Under the pieces are notes generated by a model. It was not told the origin of the DNA. It made no database searches and saw nothing but the letters and a program-made list of their open reading frames with translations. This document shows positions 1 through 7,500 of a DNA stretch of 64,000 nucleotides, piece by piece. Position 1 is the first letter of the stretch; every line of letters begins with the position of its first letter. This DNA is from an uncultured Phycisphaeraceae bacterium (GTDB taxonomy: Bacteria; Planctomycetota; Phycisphaerae; Phycisphaerales; Phycisphaeraceae): NCBI GenBank assembly GCA_964527265.1, contig CAZGOM010000006.1:3259-67258 (forward strand). The letters run 5' to 3'. Both the position numbers and the translations under genes were made by a program.

Positions 1-175
1 TGGAGGCGATGGCAGGCGTCTGATTTGGATTCAGGGGTGCCTTTACATTAGGCTGGGCGACCGGGGTTTCTTCTTTTTTGAGTTCTTTTTCAGCCGATTT
101 AGCGTTGAAAAAGAAGGAGACGACCACCGCCAGGGCCATCACAGCTGCTATCGCCACGAGAACTTTATTACGCAC
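1..175 (-). CDS. partial CDS (5' end only, continues past the left edge): small membrane-anchored hypothetical protein
   Basis: Reverse-strand reading from a GTG near 173-175 gives VRNKVLVAIAAVMALAVVVSFFFNAKSAEKELKKEETPVAQPNVKAPLNPNQ..., open to the window edge. It has one hydrophobic helix followed by a charged, Pro-rich linker. It is too short for the ORF track and the start is uncertain. Confidence 0.3.
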   Translation of the reverse strand, partial: MRNKVLVAIAAVMALAVVVSFFFNAKSAEKELKKEETPVAQPNVKAPLNPNQTPAIAS

Positions 176-395
176 AGTTTTTGCCTCGAAAGTCTGGTTT
201 CATGCCCGAATCAAAGACGCAACAGTATAGGGCTTGAGCCCATGGCCCGCGAACCGGTGCGTGACGCATGCGGAGGATGCGCGTGACACGCTGGGATTGA
301 TTCTCTGGGTTGGGAAGTTAAGTCGCCCAAATGCTAGACTTGCAACCCGTTTGGGTTGAATGGGCGACGGATGCAATGTTTAACAGGATCAAGCC

Positions 396-1007
396 ATGGC
401 GATTTATCTGGATGGGCAAGCGGTTGAAACTGATGCTCCGTTGCTGGCTGATGTTCTGGAGGCTTTGCGGCTGCATCTTCAGCCCTTGCAAAGGGTTATC
501 AGTGAGGTGAAGCTCAATGGCAACATCCTCTACGGGCAGGAATTAATTGATCTGCGTGGGGCGGAACTGGAGGGCGTGACGCTGGAGGTGAAATCCGATA
601 GCCCAATTCACCTGGTGGTGGAGACGCTGGTGGCAGTGCGCGAGGGCTTGCCCCGGGCCTATGAAGAGCAGCAAGCGGCGATTCTGGAGATTCATCAAGG
701 ACAAATCGACGCAGGGCTCGTCCGGGCGGCTAAGACCATGGGGTATTGGGACCATGTGCTGGGCGCGCTATCGCTCAGTGTAGACATGCTCAAGATCGAA
801 CCTCGCAACGTGATTTTTCTCTCCCGCGATCTGACGCTGTGGGCAGATGAGCTTCGCCGCGCACTGGGCGACCTTCAGGACGCCCTTGAGAAGAAAGAGA
901 CCCGCAAGGTCCAGACTTTATTGGGAGGGCAATGGCCCGATCTCACCGAAAGCTGGGGGCGTTTGCTGGATTACCTGGCCCATGAGGTCGGAAAAGCTGC
1001 AGTGTGA
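396..1007 (+). CDS. hypothetical protein (no family recognised)
   Basis: 203-aa ORF with normal amino-acid composition. The overlapping minus-strand ORFs are short and R/P/H-rich. Confidence 0.6.
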   Translation: MAIYLDGQAVETDAPLLADVLEALRLHLQPLQRVISEVKLNGNILYGQELIDLRGAELEGVTLEVKSDSPIHLVVETLVAVREGLPRAYEEQQAAILEIHQGQIDAGLVRAAKTMGYWDHVLGALSLSVDMLKIEPRNVIFLSRDLTLWADELRRALGDLQDALEKKETRKVQTLLGGQWPDLTESWGRLLDYLAHEVGKAAV

Positions 1008-1083
1008 TGTGGCGACTGAACTGACGACCTCCCGGATTTGGAGGTAGGTTGTTCAATCATCTTGTTCACCATCGGAGCCAACC

Positions 1084-2070
1084 ATGAAGTACGTAAGACT
1101 CGGCAAAACCGGAATGAAAGTCTCGCAATTGTGCCTTGGATGCATGAGCTATGGCGTCCCTGAGCGTGGTAATCATCTTTGGACGCTCCCGGAAGAAGCA
1201 AGCCGCCCGATGATTAAGCGCGCTTTGGAGGCCGGCATCAACTTCCTTGACACCGCCAACGTCTATTCCGACGGCACCAGTGAGGAAATCGTCGGTCGTG
1301 CCATCAAAGACTTCGCAAAACGCGATGAACTGGTCATTGCGACCAAGGTTCATGGCCAGATGCGTTCCGAACCCAATGGTCGCGGCCTTTCCCGCAAGGC
1401 CATTTTTACTGAAATCGACAATAGTCTGCGTCGGCTGGGGATGGATTATGTCGATCTTTATCAGATCCATCGCTGGGATTACCACACCCCGATTGAGGAA
1501 ACTTTAGAAGCGCTGCACGACGTGGTGAAAGCAGGGAAGACGCGATACATCGGGGCATCATCCATGCACGCCTGGCAGTTTGCAAAAGCCCTTTTTCTAG
1601 CGAAAACCAATGGCTGGACGCAATTTGTCTCCATGCAGAATCATTACAACCTGATGTACCGCGAAGAGGAACGGGAGATGATGCCGCTGTGCCTGTCGGA
1701 AGGAATCGGTGTAATGCCATGGAGTCCGCTGGCCCGCGGACGGTTGACACGGGCGTGGGACGAGCGAAACGCCACGCAGCGCGCTGGGTCGGACAATGTG
1801 CTGCAGAAGATGTACACCCGGGTGGAGGAAGCCGATGAGGCGGTCGTTCGCGCGGTTACCGAGGTTGCTAAAAAACGCGGCGTGCCCCAGGCGCAGGTGG
1901 CCATGGCGTGGCAGTTCAGCAAGCCGTATGTCACCAGCCCGATCATCGGGGCGACGAAGATGGGGCATCTGGAGGATGCGCTGGCGGCGTTGGAACTGAT
2001 GCTGACGAAGGATGAGATTGATCAGATGGAGAAGCCGTATGTGGCGCATCCGGTCCTGGGGTTTGAGTAA
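1084..2070 (+). CDS. aldo/keto reductase
   Basis: MKYVRLGKTGMKVSQLCLGCMSYG N-terminus, GINFLDTANVYSDGTSEEIVG, DYVDLYQIHRWD and IIGATK blocks are typical of the AKR superfamily. Confidence 0.92.
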   Translation: MKYVRLGKTGMKVSQLCLGCMSYGVPERGNHLWTLPEEASRPMIKRALEAGINFLDTANVYSDGTSEEIVGRAIKDFAKRDELVIATKVHGQMRSEPNGRGLSRKAIFTEIDNSLRRLGMDYVDLYQIHRWDYHTPIEETLEALHDVVKAGKTRYIGASSMHAWQFAKALFLAKTNGWTQFVSMQNHYNLMYREEEREMMPLCLSEGIGVMPWSPLARGRLTRAWDERNATQRAGSDNVLQKMYTRVEEADEAVVRAVTEVAKKRGVPQAQVAMAWQFSKPYVTSPIIGATKMGHLEDALAALELMLTKDEIDQMEKPYVAHPVLGFE

Positions 2071-2122
2071 GACAGTGCGGGCGGTGACTGAATATTCAGT
2101 AGATGTCTAATGGTCGTATGGT

Positions 2123-2191
2123 TCTTTCATCAAAAAGAAGTAATACGTGCATTTGACCATTTATAGGATAGCCTTTTTTATTGATGAAAGA
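2123..2191. promoter_or_regulatory. perfect 11-bp inverted repeat (TCTTTCATCAA ... TTGATGAAAGA, 47-nt spacer) in an AT-rich intergenic island
   Basis: The arms were read directly at 2123-2133 and 2181-2191. The repeat lies upstream of the 2308-4470 oxidoreductase pair, and TTGACC (2153-2158) and TATACT-like boxes are nearby. Confidence 0.35.
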
Positions 2192-2307
2192 TAAATCTTC
2201 AGCCATTTTTCATTCTGCGTTTCACGCCGCATGAAAAACGTTTTATACTGCCCTTGATGTCTGCTTAGGCGTTCCTTTTCAAAGTCCTTTTCAAACACGG
2301 AAAAAAC

Positions 2308-3315
2308 ATGAGCAAGCTTCACATCGGCATCGTCGGCGCGGGTTTGATCGCACGTGAACATTCAGCCACGCTTACCAGGAGCAAATATGTGGGCAAGCTG
2401 AGCGTATTTGATTCGGATGCCGCGCGTGCGGGCGCTTTCAGCAAGGACATTGGCACAGGCACTGCGCCTTCATTGGATGAGCTCGCCAAATCCGTCGATT
2501 TGCTTTGGATCTGCACCCCTCCGGTGGCGCATTTGCAAGCAGTGCAGGCTGGATGCAGGGCGGGTAAGCCGATTTTCTGCGAAAAACCGCTGGCTCAGAA
2601 CACCAAGGAAGCACTGGCCATTCAGAAGGTCACCACCGCGGCCAAGGTGCCTTTCTTCATGGGGCAGTCCGGCCGCTTTACCGATGCCTTCATCAAGATC
2701 AAGGAAGTGGTGGAGAAGGGGCTTATTGGCGATGTGGTGTATGTCTGGTCACTGCGTCACGGGTATCTGGATCGTAAGAACCAGCCGGCCTGGCGCTTTG
2801 AAGACAAGTCATCGGGCGGCGTCCTGGTGGAGTTTGGCATTCATGAAATCGATTTCGCGCAATGGATCGGTGGGCCGCTGAAGGATGTGTCAGCGATCAG
2901 CACATCGAAGATTTTGAATCCTGGAAAGTTCACTGAAGCCGTCACTGCCGTGGGCACTTTCGTCAGCGGAGCCAAGGCAAAGGTGGAAGTAAGCTGGGCC
3001 AATCCCCGCTATCTTTGGCAGCGCGGCGTGGAAGGCACCAAGGGCAGCCTTTTCTACTGTGACAGCAACTTTAATCATGTCATGCACGTCGTTCCAGGCA
3101 AGCCCCCGAAGATGATCAAGGCCGGCGGCATCCACTGGAAGGATCCGGTGACTGGTGAAAACATGGCGTTCAAAAACCAGGCCAAGGCGGTGCTTGAAGC
3201 ATTGGTGAGCGGGAAGCCCGCGCCGGTTGGGATTGAAGCGGGATTGCTGGCCGTCAAAGCGGCCGACGCAATGATGAAGGCCGCGACGAGCGGAAAGAAT
3301 GTCAGCGTGAAGTGA
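2308..3315 (+). CDS. Gfo/Idh/MocA family oxidoreductase
   Basis: N-terminal Rossmann motif IGIVGAGLIAREH and the family EKP motif (IFCEKPLA). Confidence 0.9.
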   Translation: MSKLHIGIVGAGLIAREHSATLTRSKYVGKLSVFDSDAARAGAFSKDIGTGTAPSLDELAKSVDLLWICTPPVAHLQAVQAGCRAGKPIFCEKPLAQNTKEALAIQKVTTAAKVPFFMGQSGRFTDAFIKIKEVVEKGLIGDVVYVWSLRHGYLDRKNQPAWRFEDKSSGGVLVEFGIHEIDFAQWIGGPLKDVSAISTSKILNPGKFTEAVTAVGTFVSGAKAKVEVSWANPRYLWQRGVEGTKGSLFYCDSNFNHVMHVVPGKPPKMIKAGGIHWKDPVTGENMAFKNQAKAVLEALVSGKPAPVGIEAGLLAVKAADAMMKAATSGKNVSVK

Positions 3316-3354
3316 GAAGTGCGGCGGGGTGTGAAAATCAAAAAAGGAAATTCA

Positions 3355-4470
3355 ATGGCTAAGAAGACGACGCAGGATCTGGGTATCGGCATCATTGGTG
3401 CGGGAAACATGGGCAAGATTCATGCCGAGTGTTTTTCGAAGATCAAGGGATGCAAGGTGGTGGGGATTTATAACCCCACTGTTAAAAAGGCTGAGGAACT
3501 GGTCAAGAATTGGGGCGGCAAAGTGTTTGAATCTGTGGAGGCGCTCATTGCCGATCCGGAGGTCAACACCGTCATTATCGCCAGTCCTCAGGCGCACCAT
3601 CGTGATCAGGCGATCGCGGCGGCCAAGGCGAAGAAGCACATCCTTTGCGAGAAGCCCATTGCGCTGACTGTGAAGGAAATGGATGAGATCGCCAGGGAAG
3701 TGAAAAAGGCGGGAACGACGTTCATGGTGGGGCACCAAATGCGCTACCATCCGATCATTCATGCGGTGAAGAAGGCGATGCCGAAGCTGGGCAAGGTTTT
3801 CAGTCTTGATATGGAATGGGCGTTTCGCATCGCGGGGCATGAAGGACGCTGCTGGACGAGTTACCGTCATGGCGGGTTCTTCATGGAGCTGGGTTGCCAT
3901 GCGGCCGATCTGGCGACGTTCTTCATGGGGCCGGTCAAGCACCTGACGGCCAATACGCTGCGCATCAACCCCAAGCGCATCACAGAAGACTTCACGCGCG
4001 CGCTTTTGCACTTTGAAAGCAACGCATCAGGAAGCATCGTGGTGAGCGCCAACCACAGGAATGATCGGCAAGGGATGCTCAAGGGGCGGATCATGGGCGA
4101 CAAGGGGCGGATCGATTTCACCTGCTACCCCTATGGGCGGGATTTCAACCAGGCGACGCTGACACTGGACGCCGGCAAGGAAGTATTTGTGCCGGACGTG
4201 ACGGTGATGCCCATCGAGTTTGAGGCGCCGGAGTCGCAGTTTACGGTGTACCCCGGCTTTTATGACATTTACCAGAAGCAGGCGGCGAACTTCGTGAAGG
4301 CTGTGCGGACGGGCAAGGCGCCCACATGCACGCTGGAAGACGGGCGCGCTGCGGTGGAGATGGTGCTGGCGATTTATCACCAGCAAGGCGAGGCGAGCAC
4401 GAAGGGGAATTTTAAGAAACCGCCGAAGAAGTATCGGAACGATGCGACATCGCACCCGCTGGTGAAGTAA
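3355..4470 (+). CDS. Gfo/Idh/MocA family oxidoreductase
   Basis: LGIGIIGAGNMGKIHAE Rossmann motif and ILCEKPIA. I moved the start from the ORF-track codon at 3319 to the ATG at 3355, which follows AAAGGAAA. Confidence 0.88.
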   Translation: MAKKTTQDLGIGIIGAGNMGKIHAECFSKIKGCKVVGIYNPTVKKAEELVKNWGGKVFESVEALIADPEVNTVIIASPQAHHRDQAIAAAKAKKHILCEKPIALTVKEMDEIAREVKKAGTTFMVGHQMRYHPIIHAVKKAMPKLGKVFSLDMEWAFRIAGHEGRCWTSYRHGGFFMELGCHAADLATFFMGPVKHLTANTLRINPKRITEDFTRALLHFESNASGSIVVSANHRNDRQGMLKGRIMGDKGRIDFTCYPYGRDFNQATLTLDAGKEVFVPDVTVMPIEFEAPESQFTVYPGFYDIYQKQAANFVKAVRTGKAPTCTLEDGRAAVEMVLAIYHQQGEASTKGNFKKPPKKYRNDATSHPLVK

Positions 4471-4488
4471 GAGAACGAAAGTACGCGT

Positions 4489-4525
4489 AAAAAAACACCC
4501 CCGGCAATGTCGGGGGTGTTTTCTT
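4489..4525. terminator. bidirectional intrinsic terminator hairpin between convergent genes
   Basis: AAAAA-ACACCCCCG-(7-nt loop)-CGGGGGTGT-TTT. The 9-bp GC-rich stem has an A-run and a T-run on either side. Confidence 0.6.
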
Positions 4526-4546
4526 GTGTGCGGAGGAGACATCGTC

Positions 4547-7500
4547 TCAGGCGACGATGACGAGGCGATAGCCTGCGTCCTGGTCGTAGGTGCCGGGGGT
4601 GGTTTTGTTGGTGACGCGGACGACGGAGTTTGGGGGTGGGTTGCCGGTCTGGCGGGTGTAGTTGCCGATCTTGGTGAAGACGTAGAAGCCGTAGCCGGAC
4701 AAGGTTTCGTTGTTGACCAGCTTGAGAGAGGCGTTGGTGAGGGAGCCGGTGAGAATGTCGCTGTTGCTGAAAGAGGCATGGCCGACGGGGACGTTCTTGC
4801 CTGTGACCGTGAAGCCGGCCAGCGTGGCCGCTTTGCCGCCAAAGAGCGTGAAGTGCGAACTCTTAACGGTACCCGCATTCACGCCTTCCGAGACGCCGAC
4901 ATAGATGGCGCTGCTGTAGAAGGAACCGACGGAGACTGCGCCAGCGTTGCCGTGGATGTGCCAGGTACTGAGATTGACCTGGCCGGCGATGTTGATGGGG
5001 CCGACGGCATTCTGACCGATTTTGACGTTATCGCCGGTGATTTCCATGGCGACGCCGTCCCAGTCGCCATGGACTGCGGAGGCGGTTTTGGTGGCGGCGG
5101 TGGCCTTCGCGGTGATGCCGGCGACCTTGCGGGCGGTGATGGAGCCGCCGTCCCAGTTTCCGGTGGTGAGGGCACCGATATTGCCTTCGACCCATAGGGT
5201 GGTGCTTTGAAGGTCTTTGGTGCTGGTGAAGGAGGCGAGATCGCCGCCCTTGCCGCCGAAGCCGATTCTGATTTCCAGGTGATCGGCACCGCCGAGGGAG
5301 ATGGGGCCTGAAGAGCCGGAGACGTTGAGGTGGGAGTTGTCCGAGGTGAGTTTGCTGGTGTAGCTGGTGAGGTCGCCGGTGATGTCGATGGTGGTGTTGG
5401 CGAGCGCGCCGACAGTGATGGGGCCGGTTTTGCCATTGATGGACCAGGTCTTGTTGTCGCCGTACCCTCCAAGGGTGCCGGCGATGGAGACGGAGCCAAG
5501 GGCGAGCGTTCCGGTTTTGAGGCCGATGGCGGAGATATCGACCTTGCCGGTGAAGTCGCCGGCGATGGCGGGAGTGGTCTTGGTGGCGGCGACGCCCTTG
5601 GCGGTGATGGAGGTGACTTTGGGGGCGGTGATGGAGCCGGACTGCCATGCGCCGACGTTGATCGCCCCGATGGCCAGGGAGGAGACGAGGACGTTTTCGA
5701 GGGTGATTTTAAGAGCGGTGTAGCTGAGGATTTCAGCGTCGGCGGAAAAGGTGAGGTGATCGGAGGAGCCCATGGAGATGGCGCCGGTTTTGCCGGCGAT
5801 GTCGATGGAGGTGTCGCGAATTTCACCGGTGACGGAGAGAGAGGCGAGGTTGCCTTTGTTGGCGGTTTTGTGCTTGGTTTCAAAGACGAGGCCGGTGACG
5901 TCGCCGCCGATGCGGATAGCGCCGACGCCGCCGGTGATGGACCAGTCGGCGTTTAAGCCGGTGGATTCACCATTGCCGGTGACGGAACCTTTGATGGTGA
6001 GTGAGCCGAGGGTTTGAGCGTTAGCGGTGGAGGAGAGGCCGACGATGGTGAGGTCGCCGGTGAAGTCGCCGCTCAAGATCGGGGTGGAGATGCCTTTGAT
6101 GACAGGACCGGCGAGGCCGGTGGTGGTGAAGGAGGTTAGTTTGCCGGTGAAGATGGAACCGCCAGACCATTGGTTGACGGAGACGGTTCCGAGCGCGCCG
6201 GTGATGTTGAACTCGACGTTCTGGGCGTGGCGAGCCTTAAATGAGGTGAAATCTTTGTCGATGTGGGCGATGAAGTTGGAGACGTCGCCGGTGACGGTGA
6301 GGGAGCCGACGGCGTTGGCAAAGAGGCCGCCGCCGGAAGAAGCGCCTTTGACGGTGGCGGAGCCGAGCTTGTGTGCGCCTAAAGCCCAGATGGATGAGCT
6401 ATCGCCTGAGATGGTGATGGCGCTGACGAGGGGGGCGACGACGGCTTTGCCACTGACGGAGACGGGGGCGGGGAGGGTGAGGCGGATATCAGCCTGGAGA
6501 TCGCCGCGGACGAGGGGGGCTGTTTTGGTGGCGGCGCGGCCGGTGATGGAGAAGGAGCCGAGGGAGGCGGCGATGAACTCGTCGGCGAGGCCGTTGGAAT
6601 CGAGCCAGTCGATGGCTTTGAAAGAGGTGATGGTGGCGTCGGTGCGGATGGAGACTTCGGAGAGGCGACCGAGGGTGATGGTTGTTTTGTCGGAGACTGA
6701 TCCGTTGATAATGATGTTGGATTGATGGTGGGTGACGACGTCGCCGAGGGTGAGGGTTTTAATGTTGGCGGAGGCGTTGAATGAGCCGTGGAGGGCGGTG
6801 GAGGCGGCGTTTAAGGCGAGGAGGCCGCCGCTGACGTCGATGGCGGTGAGGGAGGAGATGCCGGTGCCGGTGGGGGTGTTTTTGGTGGTGGTGATGGTGA
6901 GAGAGGAGGAGACGGCGAGGGTGCCGTCCAGGGCGAGGCTCAGCAGGCGTTTATCGGGGGTGATGAAGAGCGTGCCATTGCCGTGACCGGTGAGGGCGAA
7001 GACGACTTTGTTGTTGTTTTCGTCGAGGAAAGTGCGGTCTTTGAGGGCGGTTTTAGAGGTGAAGGTGTGGAATTCACCGGGTTCGACAAGGCCGGTGAGG
7101 GCGAAATTGAAGGTGCCGACGGCTGTGTTGGTGTCGAACTGGACTTGGCCGGAGAATTCGCCGGGGGTTTGGGTGGAGAGGGAGACGGTGAACGTGTCGG
7201 ACTTGCCTGGGGCGATGGTGTCGCTGAGACCTTCGGTGATGGTGAAGCCAGTTGGGACGGAGAAGTTGGAGATTTTAAGGGGGAGATCGCCGGGATTGTT
7301 GACAGTGAAGGTCCGACTGACGGAGCCGGGAGCGATGGATTGGTAGCTTGTGCCGAAGTTGGTGCCGTTTTCGGTGGAGGTGAAGGTGGAGCCGTCGGAG
7401 ACACCGTTGCCGAGGTTGGGGAGCGTGCTGACGACGTTGACCTTGGGGGCGGGTACGTGGTTGATGCTGATGGTGAAGGTTTGCGGGAGGCTGGTGTTCT

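Noticed and set aside
322-368. 8-bp stem GTCGCCCA ... TGGGCGAC enclosing a smaller AACCC/GGGTT stem, ~30 nt upstream of the 396 ATG.
   Set aside because: It is a real inverted repeat but isolated. It has no T-run and no recognisable riboswitch consensus, so I could not support a function.
2161-2361. 66-aa minus-strand ORF in the AT-rich island.
   Set aside because: It overlaps the start of the Gfo/Idh/MocA gene and has no supporting features. The region is more plausibly regulatory.
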